Part shown: one piece after another, positions 22,601-31,211 of the stretch
Layout of the letters: the number at the start of each line of letters is the position of its first letter
How positions within the stretch are numbered: the stretch's first letter is position 1
Virus record (IMG/VR): IMGVR_UViG_2595698649_000001
Span: 32,001-96,000 of that record
DNA: 64,000 nucleotides
Direction: 5' to 3' (one strand)
Origin: a virus
Taxonomy: Duplodnaviria > Caudoviricetes
Notes under the pieces: model-generated
What the model was told of the DNA's origin: nothing
Databases searched by the model: none
The model's input: the letters and a program-made list of their open reading frames with translations, nothing else
Made by a program: the position numbers and the translations under genes

Positions 22601-22905
22601 ATATAGCGCTTAAGGAAAACATTATCAACATTCCTTCTCCACTTGAAATGATTAAGAAAATCAACGGTGTATTCTTTGATTGGAAAGATAGTTTCATTGA
22701 GAGTAAAGGTGGCGAAGACGGATACTTTGTAAGAAAAAGAGATGTTGGTGTTATCGCACAAGATGTTGAAAAAGTTATGCCAGAAATCGTTGGTACAAGA
22801 CCAGACGGTATCAAAGCAGTTAAATATGACAGACTAGTATCAGTATTGATTGAAGCTGTTAAAGAATTAACAGACGAAGTTACAGAATTAAAGAAAAAAC
22901 AATAA
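19699..22905 (+). CDS. Long tail fibre with Mtd_N-like N-terminus and C-terminal S74-like chaperone
   Basis: N-terminus 'LQLRRGST...FTGAVGEVSVDTDK.TLRVHDGSTAGG', five 'FEG...SFETT' modules, C-terminus 'YSSDIALKENI...VGVIAQDVE...YDRLVSVLIEAVKEL'. Confidence 0.8.
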   Translation: MPTALQLRRGSTSQNNSFTGAVGEVSVDTDKDTLRVHDGSTAGGFEVITATATQTLTNKTLTSPNISGASFTGASFTFEGATDDSFETTLTVVDPTADRTVTIPNATTTLVGTDVSQTLTNKTLTTPVIAEIDSGGSITLDATADIILDADGANVTIKDGGTTTLDFVSNGATDITLDAPGDVKIDADGGDIIFMDGGAVYGSATNNSGNLIIKSGTTTAATFSGANVTLAGTVASGAITSSGSFTGTQAILSNASPLVFEGATADSFETTIAVTDPTADRTLTLPDATDTLVGRATTDTLTNKTLTTPVIAEIDSAGNFTVDAATDIILDADGGDVFLKDAGTTYGSLTNTGGNLIIKSGTTTAMTMSGANVTIAGNLTVSGSTTTVDSSTVNLQTGFVFEGSTADSFETTLVATDPTADRTVTIPDLTGTVSLITATETLTNKTLTTPVIAEIDSGSTITLDATTDIILDADGDNITLKAGGTTALDFVLNGTTDITLDAPGDIKIDADGGDIFFLDAGTTYGSATNNSGNLIIKSGTTTAATFSGANVTLAGTVASGAITSSSTVTATGAVLSGSVVFEGATNDSFETTLGVVDPTADRAVNIANVAGTLQPFAAASTDAITATPAELNLIDGGTARGTTAIADGDGVLINDGGTMRMTTVETLAAYMDDEITAMPNLVTTGALNSGSITSGFGTINNGSSTITTTGQITGGIIQSTNNMLIGAGYSLVFEGSTNDSFETTLGVVDPTADRTVNIANVAGTLQPFASASTDQITATVAEINLIDGGTARGTTAVADGDGILINDAGTMRMTNVQTVSAYMSAESVGGSNIVTTGALNSGSITSGFGNIDNGSSTLDTGALTATTIAGTTITASTGVETKNGATGAGFVKFFEDSDNGTNAVTLVGPASTGDITITLPTQAGTVVVSNTTDGNDVQLDSLGLNTAASGTAGELRATNDITAFYSSDIALKENIINIPSPLEMIKKINGVFFDWKDSFIESKGGEDGYFVRKRDVGVIAQDVEKVMPEIVGTRPDGIKAVKYDRLVSVLIEAVKELTDEVTELKKKQ

Positions 22906-22917
22906 GGAGAATATAAT

Positions 22918-23811
22918 ATGGCAACGCCAAGTGGACAGATAGGTTTATCAGAAGTAAATGAAGAATTAGGTGTTTCACCTACATCTACTGCTATTAATAT
23001 GGGTTCAACACCTGTAAGAAGTTTAGCAGGTATACCTTCAGGTGCAATCGCAATGTCTGATTTGCAAAGTAAAACTAACGAATATACATTTACATGGTTA
23101 GTTGTTGCAGGTGGCGGCGGCGGCGGAGAGAACCAAGGTTCAGGTGCCGGTGCAGGTGGTTTCATTTCAGGTTCAATTGAAAACGCACCAGGTATTTCTT
23201 ATTCTGCTTCAATTGGTGGCGGTGGTTCACCAAACACAGGTTTTACAAGTAGAGGTAACTCAGGTAGTAACTCATCATTTCACACAACAACATCAACTGG
23301 TGGCGGATATGGTGCTGCTGAAAACCCAGGTATTGGAGGTCCAGGAGGTTCTGGTGGCGGTGGTCGTCAAGGACAATCTGCCGGTTCAGGTATTGGTGGT
23401 CAAGGTAATCCAGGTTCAGTAGGTCAAGGTGGTGGCGGCGGCGGTGCCGGCGGCGGTGCAGGTCAAAGTGGTTTGGGTGTAAATGGTGGTAACGGTTCAA
23501 CATTCCCTGGTGATGGTATCACTTATGCAGGAGGCGGCGGTGGTTGGCGTCCTGGTTCAGGTTCAGGTGGTAATGGTGGCGGCGGAAATGGCGGTGCTCC
23601 GGGAGGACAAGCTGCTCAATCAGGTCAAACAAATAGAGGCGGCGGAGGCGGCGGGTTAGGTCATTGGGACCAAAACGCAGGTTCTGGTGGTTCAGGTAGA
23701 GTTGTTATTGCATATCCAGGTACTACACAAAAAGGTTCAGGTGGAACACAATCAATTGTTTCATCTAATAGAGTTCATAGTTTTAATAGTCCAGGAACAT
23801 ACACAAGTTAA
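22918..23811 (+). CDS. Glycine-rich adhesin-like protein (T-even gp38-like architecture)
   Basis: N-terminal 'SGQIGLSEVNEELG...VRSLAG..SGAIAMSD' cap followed by many GGGGG runs; directly follows the S74 fibre. Confidence 0.65.
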   Translation: MATPSGQIGLSEVNEELGVSPTSTAINMGSTPVRSLAGIPSGAIAMSDLQSKTNEYTFTWLVVAGGGGGGENQGSGAGAGGFISGSIENAPGISYSASIGGGGSPNTGFTSRGNSGSNSSFHTTTSTGGGYGAAENPGIGGPGGSGGGGRQGQSAGSGIGGQGNPGSVGQGGGGGGAGGGAGQSGLGVNGGNGSTFPGDGITYAGGGGGWRPGSGSGGNGGGGNGGAPGGQAAQSGQTNRGGGGGGLGHWDQNAGSGGSGRVVIAYPGTTQKGSGGTQSIVSSNRVHSFNSPGTYTS

Positions 23812-23823
23812 GGAGAATATTTA

Positions 23824-24405
23824 ATGGCACATTTCGCTGAGTTAGACAAAGACAATAAAGTTTTAAGAGTATGTACAGTAGATGACAGCAATGTATCTGC
23901 TGATATGGCAGTTGATGGAGAAACTTGGTGTGCTAATAATATTCCAGAAGATCCTACTATTACATATGTAGATGGTGCTTATCCAGGTATTGCATGGAAA
24001 CAAACATCTTTTAATCACAATTTTAGAAAAAGATTTGCAGGTCCTGGTTGTTATTTTGTAGATGATAGTGGTACAGGATACTTTACAACACCAAAACCTT
24101 ATGCAAATTGGGTATTAAATACAACTGACGGTGCATATTATCCACCAGTTGCATTACCTACTATAAAAGATTATTCTGAGGGTGACCAAAAGTTTGAATA
24201 TCGTATTACATGGGACCAAGACAATACAAGATATATTGCTGTTAAAGTTGTAGGTACTGAAAATCCATACTGGAGAATAAACACTACTAATCTTAATGCA
24301 CAAAGAACTAATTACGAAGACACAACATACGAAAGTGTAACTGATCCATCATCTGATTTAACACAGATAAGAGTTTGGGACGCAGACGCTAATAGTTGGT
24401 CTTAA
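23824..24405 (+). CDS. Conserved 'MAHFAEL' family protein, partner of Gly-rich tail proteins
   Basis: 'MAHFAELD..N.VLRV...WKQTSFN..FRKRFAG.G...F..PKPY..W.L'. Confidence 0.65.
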   Translation: MAHFAELDKDNKVLRVCTVDDSNVSADMAVDGETWCANNIPEDPTITYVDGAYPGIAWKQTSFNHNFRKRFAGPGCYFVDDSGTGYFTTPKPYANWVLNTTDGAYYPPVALPTIKDYSEGDQKFEYRITWDQDNTRYIAVKVVGTENPYWRINTTNLNAQRTNYEDTTYESVTDPSSDLTQIRVWDADANSWS

Positions 24406-24824
24406 TTATTAAAAGTTACATCATATCCTGTAACTTTATCATTTCTAATAGAATATCTCATTAAAGACGGAAAACTAATAAGTGTTCCCTCAACTACATC
24501 TATAATTTTTTCTTTACCATTTAATGTAAGTGTAAGTTTGTTATCATGCCAAAAATATAAAAATGTATAATGTGAATGGCGTATTTCTGATTTACCTAAT
24601 TTATAATCATCTGTCCAGTATTTGACATAATCAGTCCATTTACTTTCAAAATAATTCATTACATTTTTTGTGTACTTATCATGTGTAAGTACAAAAATTT
24701 CCCACCACGGTTTGTCTTCTTTCATTAACTTTAAAAAGTCATCTTTTTGTAAATAATGTTCTTCTACTTTTTGAACATAGATTGGAAATTCAAAGTGTAT
24801 TATATCTCTACCTGCTATTTTCAT
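24402..24824 (-). CDS. Degenerate 2OG-Fe(II) oxygenase-like protein
   Basis: Last gene of the minus-strand operon. 'EGTLISFPSLMRY' has Tyr where its paralogues have the distal His. Confidence 0.5.
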   Translation of the reverse strand: MKIAGRDIIHFEFPIYVQKVEEHYLQKDDFLKLMKEDKPWWEIFVLTHDKYTKNVMNYFESKWTDYVKYWTDDYKLGKSEIRHSHYTFLYFWHDNKLTLTLNGKEKIIDVVEGTLISFPSLMRYSIRNDKVTGYDVTFNN

Positions 24825-25449
24825 TTTTTCCTTTTATATACGGTCTTGCTGAATTAGGTAATCCTAATATAGGTCTACCATCATATTTATTATCTTTTGA
24901 TTGTGGGTCACTAGCGTCATTATAATGTAAGAATACTTGACCACAACTTTCGCCATAAAACTTTTCTCTCCAATGTTCTAATTCTGTTCCTCTATACATC
25001 AAACAATCGCCTGGTTCTAAATCTATTCTGATACCAGGATTGTTTTGACCACCTGTATTATCAACATAGATTGGCCAAGCGTCACCACCTAAATTCATAG
25101 TAGCAGAAACAGCACATGATGGTCTATCTTTGTGTCTATGTAATTCGTTACCATAAACATATAATCTTGTATATGTGTATGTTTCAATAAGTTTCATATC
25201 TATTTCTTTTTCTAATTTTGATTTTGTTTCTACAAGTAAAGTGGTCATTAGTACATCATCATAGTTTGCCCAAGCATCCACTTGTTGGTCTGTTAATGCA
25301 CCCCAATGGTCATTAAATGGTGATACTAATTTGTTTTCATGTAGAAATTTAAATACACGCCTCTTATTTAAAAGATAACGATAACATAAATTTGCCATGT
25401 CTGGACTAATTAAATTTTTAATTACTTGATAGTGGTCTGTTTTAAACAT
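24808..25449 (-). CDS. 2OG-Fe(II) oxygenase
   Basis: HxD 'LHRHKDRPSC', 'PGDCLMYRG..LEHWRE', 'QVFLHY'. Confidence 0.85.
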   Translation of the reverse strand: MFKTDHYQVIKNLISPDMANLCYRYLLNKRRVFKFLHENKLVSPFNDHWGALTDQQVDAWANYDDVLMTTLLVETKSKLEKEIDMKLIETYTYTRLYVYGNELHRHKDRPSCAVSATMNLGGDAWPIYVDNTGGQNNPGIRIDLEPGDCLMYRGTELEHWREKFYGESCGQVFLHYNDASDPQSKDNKYDGRPILGLPNSARPYIKGKNENSR

Positions 25450-26011
25450 AAGATATCCAACCTGTTATAATATATTTTTCTTGTGATGGTGATGGTATAC
25501 CCCTATGAGTATGCATCCAACCTCCTGGCCAAATGAGAGTTAATCCTTTTCTTGGTTCTACAAATCTTCTTTGATAGAAAAACTCCGTTTCGCCTTCATC
25601 TTTAACATCATTTAAATAAGTCATAAAGACTAAGTGTCTTTTACTAGTATAGTCAGCACCAGTTCTTTCATCTGGTACAAAATTTTGTTCATAGTGCCAT
25701 TGTTTAAAACCACCACCTGGTGGGTAATATTGTATATTAAAGTCTTCTCTAATATCAAATTCAGGACAAGCACGATTTGCCCATACATATGTTTCACAAT
25801 AACGCCTTGCTAAACTTCTTATTTCATTAATATAATCTTTAATAAGTTTATTTGTATAAATGTTAACATGAACATCTTTACTATCTTTTTGACTTTTATC
25901 TACAGATTTATAACCTACTTTACCTGAAATTTTTTCTGAGTTACGGTGATGTTCTATTAATGCGTCACACATACTATCATCTATTCTATATTCGCCTATA
26001 AAGTTTGTCAT
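25442..26011 (-). CDS. 2OG-Fe(II) oxygenase (prolyl-hydroxylase-like)
   Basis: 'WHYE', 'MTYLNDV...GETEF', 'HTHRG', 'KYIITGW'. Confidence 0.85.
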   Translation of the reverse strand: MTNFIGEYRIDDSMCDALIEHHRNSEKISGKVGYKSVDKSQKDSKDVHVNIYTNKLIKDYINEIRSLARRYCETYVWANRACPEFDIREDFNIQYYPPGGGFKQWHYEQNFVPDERTGADYTSKRHLVFMTYLNDVKDEGETEFFYQRRFVEPRKGLTLIWPGGWMHTHRGIPSPSQEKYIITGWISYV

Positions 26012-26565
26012 ACTATTTTATACTCATCTAAATCTGTTATTACAAAATTACCTGATACACTATATCTTTCTACATCTGTTTTCATAACCTTGTGAGGTAA
26101 ACTTGACTTAAATATTAGTAGTGTTCCTCTTTGAACAGGCATATCAAAACTTTTCATATTGTATATATTATATTTATTATAGATAGGTTTATATAATTCT
26201 TCTTGTCCAAATGATTGAAACTGACAACTTGTACCTTTGTCTATGTAAAGAACAAAACTATATGTACTATTCATATGATAATGTACTTCGCCTTGTTGAC
26301 CTGGCATAAATTTTGTACTCCACATTCTTGTCATTTTGATAGGTGTTTGATAGTGCATAAGATTATCATTAAAATCTTTTACATGGCGTTCTATATCTCT
26401 AGTTACATCTGGTAATCTATCCCATATCATATCATCAACAGATTGAAAACCATCTGGTTCAATACTTTTATATTCTAAGTCTTTAATAATTTGTATATCA
26501 CTTTCATGTAAATGTATCTTTGTATATGCAAGTGGTTTAGAAAAGAGTGGTTGTATCTCAAGCAC
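26008..26565 (-). CDS. Putative 2OG-Fe(II) oxygenase (TIGR02466-like)
   Basis: 'HYHMNSTYSFVLY', 'GTLLIF.S.LPHKV', 'RYSVSGNF'. Confidence 0.8.
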   Translation of the reverse strand: MLEIQPLFSKPLAYTKIHLHESDIQIIKDLEYKSIEPDGFQSVDDMIWDRLPDVTRDIERHVKDFNDNLMHYQTPIKMTRMWSTKFMPGQQGEVHYHMNSTYSFVLYIDKGTSCQFQSFGQEELYKPIYNKYNIYNMKSFDMPVQRGTLLIFKSSLPHKVMKTDVERYSVSGNFVITDLDEYKIV

Positions 26566-27094
26566 GACTAATCTCCTCTAGTTTACTGCCGTCTATATCT
26601 TTAAATTCTAAGTTGAATGATACTATTGTTTTTGTTTTATCATTTTGTACAGGTGGTGCTCTGTGTATCATAAAAGACGGAAACATAACTATATCTCCTT
26701 CTTCACAGTTTAAATTCATCACTTCATTATTCCATACTTGCGTTTTTGCAGTACCGTCAAACTGTACATAGTAAACACCTGTGTAACTACGACCATGTAT
26801 ATGCCAACCGTGTGTAGAGTTTTTAGCATACTGTTGAAACCATATCTCAAATAATTCAAAGTCTTTATAACCTGCTAAGTTTGTCATTTTCAACATTTCT
26901 GGCATGAAATAAGGTAGTAATTTTTTTACCCACGGTCTTTCATAATCACCAGAATTTGCCCAATCTGACCTTGTAATATCATCATTATAATAATCATTAG
27001 ATTGTTTAATAGATTGTGCTTCTGCTGTATCTATAAGTTCTAATATATTGTTTCTAATTTGTTTATGTTCTTTTATTTTGCCGTAAAATATCAT
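26558..27094 (-). CDS. Putative 2OG-Fe(II) oxygenase
   Basis: 'WFQQY...HGWHIH...GVYY', 'EGDIVMFPS..IHRAP', 'KTIVSFN'. Confidence 0.8.
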   Translation of the reverse strand: MIFYGKIKEHKQIRNNILELIDTAEAQSIKQSNDYYNDDITRSDWANSGDYERPWVKKLLPYFMPEMLKMTNLAGYKDFELFEIWFQQYAKNSTHGWHIHGRSYTGVYYVQFDGTAKTQVWNNEVMNLNCEEGDIVMFPSFMIHRAPPVQNDKTKTIVSFNLEFKDIDGSKLEEISRA

Positions 27095-27681
27095 CTATAA
27101 GGTTGTCCTAAACTCCATATTACTAAACTTTGACGAATGCCTGATGTAACAGGTGTAACTCTATGTTTTACAAAAGACGGAAAGATACAAATAGACCCTT
27201 TTGGTTTTATCTGATCCACAGTAAACTCGCCATGTGGTGTAACAAACTGTAAATCACCACCCTCATATTCATTTGGGTGACATAACTGTACTGAACAAGA
27301 TAGTTTTCTTATATTACCTTGTTCATTAGGTTTTGCACCTTGGTCTTCATGCCAATGATAATACTGATTTAGTTTGTACTTTGTAAACTGACATGCTTCT
27401 GACCAATGCCAATCAAAATTCCAACCAGCATTTTTATTTGCTTGTTGTATCCAAGGGTGTATCTCGTTATATATCCACTCATCATCTATCCAAGTGATAT
27501 AACTGTCTCTATGTGATAAATTTTTCTGAGCTGCTTGAGGGTTATTCTTTATGTCTTCCTCAGTCAAGTTTCCTGTCACACCTAGTCGTTCCTGGTGCTG
27601 TTGAGCAGTTTTTATTATATCATCACATACAATTTCTGGTATAACACCTGAGAAATAGTAATAATAATTTTCCAGTATCAT
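27091..27681 (-). CDS. 2OG-Fe(II) oxygenase (PKHD/P4H-type)
   Basis: 'YHWHED', 'RKLS.SVQL...EYEGGDL', 'FPSF..HRVTPVTSG.R.SLV.W'. Confidence 0.9.
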   Translation of the reverse strand: MILENYYYYFSGVIPEIVCDDIIKTAQQHQERLGVTGNLTEEDIKNNPQAAQKNLSHRDSYITWIDDEWIYNEIHPWIQQANKNAGWNFDWHWSEACQFTKYKLNQYYHWHEDQGAKPNEQGNIRKLSCSVQLCHPNEYEGGDLQFVTPHGEFTVDQIKPKGSICIFPSFVKHRVTPVTSGIRQSLVIWSLGQPYR

Positions 27682-27686
27682 ATAGG

Positions 27687-27705
27687 TATATATAATGCAT
27701 AAATA
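27687..27705. promoter_or_regulatory. Back-to-back late-promoter-like boxes (TATATATA towards oxygenase operon; CATAAATA towards gp13)
   Basis: The 32 bp divergent gap holds two one-mismatch versions of TATAAATA, each a few nt from an ATG. Confidence 0.45.
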
Positions 27706-27713
27706 GTAGTATT

Positions 27714-28541
27714 ATGGCACAAAATAACCCAATAACAAGTAGAGAAACACTTAAACAATACTGCCTAAGAGCATTAGGTAAACCTGTTATTGAAATCAAT
27801 GTAGAAGACGACCAAGTAGAAGATAGAATAGACGAAGCAGTACAATACTTTGCTCAGTATCATTATGACGGTTCTGAAAGAATGTATTTAAAATATCAAG
27901 TTACAGCTGACGATATTACTAGAGCAAGAAGTAACGAAACATTATCTACAGTCACAGATACAGCAGATTCCACAGTAACATCAAGTTTTAAAGAAGGTAA
28001 AAATTATATACCTATGCCTTCAAATGTAATGTCAGTATTACAAGTATTTCCTTTTACAGACAAGGCGGCATTAAATTTATTTGATGTCAGATATCAATTA
28101 AGATTAAATGACTTGTATGATTTTTCATCTACAAGCATTATACACTACGATATGACATTAAGACATTTAGATATGTTAGACCATATTTTAACAGGTGAAA
28201 GACCAATTAGATACAATCAACACAAAAACAGATTGTATATAGATATGGATTGGGCACATGATGTCAAAGCAGGTGATTACTTAATCATTGAATGCTATCG
28301 TAAGTTAGATGGTTCTACATTTACAGATTTATTTGATGACATATTCTTAAAAAAATATTTAATTCAATTAATCAAAAAACAATGGGGTACAAACTTATCT
28401 AAATTCCAGGGAGTTGCAATGCTGGGTGGTGTTCAAATGAATGGTGAACAAATTTACTCTCAAGCACAAGAAGAAATCAACAAACTAGAAGAACAAATAC
28501 AGTTAAGTTTTGAGTTACCACCAAACTATATGGTAGGTTAA
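27714..28541 (+). CDS. gp13: Neck protein gp13
   Basis: 'YCLRALGKPVIEINV..DQVEDRIDEA.QYF..YHYDG', 'QWGTNLSKF.GV..LGGV..NG'. Confidence 0.92.
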   Translation: MAQNNPITSRETLKQYCLRALGKPVIEINVEDDQVEDRIDEAVQYFAQYHYDGSERMYLKYQVTADDITRARSNETLSTVTDTADSTVTSSFKEGKNYIPMPSNVMSVLQVFPFTDKAALNLFDVRYQLRLNDLYDFSSTSIIHYDMTLRHLDMLDHILTGERPIRYNQHKNRLYIDMDWAHDVKAGDYLIIECYRKLDGSTFTDLFDDIFLKKYLIQLIKKQWGTNLSKFQGVAMLGGVQMNGEQIYSQAQEEINKLEEQIQLSFELPPNYMVG

Positions 28542-28544
28542 TAA

Positions 28545-29417
28545 GTGAAAAATACATATTTCTCACATGGTACACACTCAGAAAAAACTCTTTATGAAGA
28601 TTTAATCATAGAGCAGTTAAAAATATTTGGGCACGAAGTACATTATCTTCCTAGAACAACTGTAACGGAAGATAAAATATTAGGTGAAACACCTGATAGT
28701 AAGTACACAGAAGCGTATCAAATAGAAATGTATATAGAAGATGTAAACGGTTTTGCCGGTCAAGGTGATTTAATTGGTAAGTTTGGTTTAGATATGAAAG
28801 ACGAAATAACTTTCGTTGTTAGCAGGCGTTCATTTGAGTTATTAGTTGACCAACCATCAAATACAATTTCAATAAACAGACCTAGAGAAGGTGACATTAT
28901 CTACATGCCAACCTTCAAAAAGTTTTTCCAGGTAGACTTCGTTGAAGACGAAGATCCAATGTATCAGATTAATGATTTACCTATTTTCAAACTTAAAACA
29001 TCTGTTTGGGATTACAGTATGGAACTTGTTGATACAGGTATTACTGAGATTGATGAAAAATTAGAAGACGAGAATTTAGATTTATTACAAAATCAAATAA
29101 CACTAGAGATTGGTACAACATCATCAGGTAAATTACTTGCTGAAGTAACTGACGGTAATATTGAGACATTGTTAGCAGAGACAGGCGACTTAATTGTTGA
29201 CGAAGTTGATGGCGACAATATCATACTGGAAGATGACCCTAATTTTGTTGACTATATAGTGTTAGAAGATAGCAACACAACAAACATGGCGGCTGATAGA
29301 CCAGGCGCCGACAATATATCTTTTGATGATGAAGCAGGATTAAATGACAACGATACAAACAATGATATCTTTGACTTCACAGAAAAGAATCCATTTGGTG
29401 ACCCAAGTGACTTATAA
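28545..29417 (+). CDS. gp14: Neck protein gp14
   Basis: 'YLPR', 'IEMY', 'KFGL...DE', 'RPREGD.IY', C-terminal 'DFTEKNPFG'. Confidence 0.92.
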   Translation: MKNTYFSHGTHSEKTLYEDLIIEQLKIFGHEVHYLPRTTVTEDKILGETPDSKYTEAYQIEMYIEDVNGFAGQGDLIGKFGLDMKDEITFVVSRRSFELLVDQPSNTISINRPREGDIIYMPTFKKFFQVDFVEDEDPMYQINDLPIFKLKTSVWDYSMELVDTGITEIDEKLEDENLDLLQNQITLEIGTTSSGKLLAEVTDGNIETLLAETGDLIVDEVDGDNIILEDDPNFVDYIVLEDSNTTNMAADRPGADNISFDDEAGLNDNDTNNDIFDFTEKNPFGDPSDL

Positions 29418-29427
29418 GGAGTAAATA

Positions 29428-30243
29428 ATGTTTAAAGACGCACAATACCATGAACTAATTAGAAAAACGATAGTAGCGTTTGGTACATTGTTTAATGATT
29501 TGTACATATATCGTAGAGCGAGTACAGGAAAAGTAAATCAAAAGATGAAAGTTCCACTTGCATACGGACCAAAACAAAAGTTCTTAGCTAGAATTGACCA
29601 AGACAGTACAAGAGGCGCTGATGATGTAAAATCAACGGCACTTACTTTACCACGAATTGGTTTTGAATTAACAGGTCTTACATATGACCCTAGCAGAAAA
29701 CTAAATCGTATTCAAAAGTTTAAGAAAGTAAAAGGCGCAGATACTAAGTCAATGACTAATGTTTATATGCCTGTACCTTACAATGTTTCTTTTACATTGT
29801 TTACTATGGCAAAAAATAGTGAAGACGCTTTACAAATTGTAGAACAAATATTACCAATGTTTCAACCTGACTATACAGTATCATTAAATGTAATGCCAAG
29901 TTTAGATATCGTAAGAGACGTTCCAATTATTCTTAATGATGTAACATACGAAGACAGTTATGACGGAACTTTTACAGACAGACGAGTTTTAATGTACACT
30001 TTATCGTTTACAGCGAAGATGTACTTATATGGACCTGTAACAAGTACAAAAGTTATTAAACAAGTTCAAGTAGACCAATATACAAATACAAGCACAGCAA
30101 CGGCGAAAAGAGAACAACGATATGTTGTTACTCCTAATCCTACAACTGCTGACGCTGATGATGATTTTGGTTTTAGTGAAACACGTTCTTTCTTCCAGGA
30201 TGCTGACAACTATGATCCTGAAAGTGGTACTGATAAAGAATAA
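29428..30243 (+). CDS. gp15: Tail sheath stabiliser/terminator gp15
   Basis: 'IRKTIVAFGTLFN', 'VPLAYGPKQKFLAR', 'TLPR.GFE', 'LQIVEQILP.FQP'. Confidence 0.92.
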   Translation: MFKDAQYHELIRKTIVAFGTLFNDLYIYRRASTGKVNQKMKVPLAYGPKQKFLARIDQDSTRGADDVKSTALTLPRIGFELTGLTYDPSRKLNRIQKFKKVKGADTKSMTNVYMPVPYNVSFTLFTMAKNSEDALQIVEQILPMFQPDYTVSLNVMPSLDIVRDVPIILNDVTYEDSYDGTFTDRRVLMYTLSFTAKMYLYGPVTSTKVIKQVQVDQYTNTSTATAKREQRYVVTPNPTTADADDDFGFSETRSFFQDADNYDPESGTDKE

Positions 30244-30260
30244 TACATAATTTTTTTATT

Positions 30261-30812
30261 ATGACTGAGATAAAAATACACGATGGTGTTTTTGATAAGA
30301 AATGGGTTGACGATTTAGCTTATCACTTATCAACAAATGTTTCATGGATTGCTGACAATATTGCAGGAAGAAATTCTTGGCCGTATGGTCATCACGGCAC
30401 TCATAGACTTATGGGTAGAACTTTCTATAGATATAAAAATAGAAAAGATGTTACCATATATCAAAAAGAATGTTTTGAAGATTTAACAAAGGCAATAGAA
30501 CACTTAAATCCAAACTTTGAATTAGTAGAGATATTTGCTAATATGCAATTTATGGGTATGAATGGTTCTTTTCATAAAGATAGTAACAATGGTGATCCTA
30601 ATTACAAATCTTATGTTATGATGTTAACATGTGATAATTTACCTAACGAATATATAGGAGGTGAATTTATTGTAAAAGACGGAGAGACTGTACCATTTAA
30701 ACAAGGTAGAATAATAGAATTAACAGGTGATGTATTACACAAAGGTATGGCATTTAATATACCTAACACACCTAGGTTCTCAATAAAGTTTGGCGGATAT
30801 GAAAAAAGTTGA
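30261..30812 (+). CDS. 2OG-Fe(II) oxygenase
   Basis: 'GSFHKD', 'GGEF', 'LHKG.A', 'RFSI'. Confidence 0.75.
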   Translation: MTEIKIHDGVFDKKWVDDLAYHLSTNVSWIADNIAGRNSWPYGHHGTHRLMGRTFYRYKNRKDVTIYQKECFEDLTKAIEHLNPNFELVEIFANMQFMGMNGSFHKDSNNGDPNYKSYVMMLTCDNLPNEYIGGEFIVKDGETVPFKQGRIIELTGDVLHKGMAFNIPNTPRFSIKFGGYEKS

Positions 30813-31211
30813 AGATAAATTAAACGAGTTATTAGATATAACTGAAACTAAGCAAGAGATTGTTCAAACAACAACTGCTGTACCTAGACCTAATGAAAAA
30901 GAAGATATCACTAGTGATTATAAGTATAGTAGAGAAAACTTATATAATCTAGTAGAACGAGGACAAGACGCAATAGATGGTATATTAACACTTGCAAAAG
31001 AAACAGACCATCCAAGAACATATGAAGTTGCAGGTCAATTAATTAAGAATGTGGGAGAGGTAACTGAAAAGTTACTACAATTACAAGAGAAGATGAAGAA
31101 GTTAGGGGAAGAAACAAAAAAGGACCTAGCAAAGTTGAAAATAATCTCTTTGTTGGGAGTACAGCAGAATTGCAGAAACTAATAAAAGATAATAAGAATG
31201 ATAAAAATTAA
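30799..31211 (+). CDS. gp16: Terminase small subunit gp16 (apparent 1-nt frameshift at ~31116-31122)
   Basis: 'DYKYSRENLY.LVERG..AIDGIL.LA....HPR.YEVAGQLIK'. The conserved tail 'NNLFVGSTAELQK' is in the -1 frame after an A6 run. Confidence 0.85.

Noticed and set aside
12126-23165. Long minus-strand ORFs antisense to the fibre genes (e.g. 17894-18982) and to other structural genes
   Set aside because: These are shadow frames produced by Thr/Gly/Ser/Ala codon bias on the plus strand. They have no RBS or recognisable motifs and mirror the plus-strand repeats.
19699-23811. Diversity-generating retroelement suggested by the Mtd_N-like domain and duplicated fibre ends
   Set aside because: No reverse transcriptase in the window. 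Differences between the duplicated ends are mostly synonymous and not adenine-specific.
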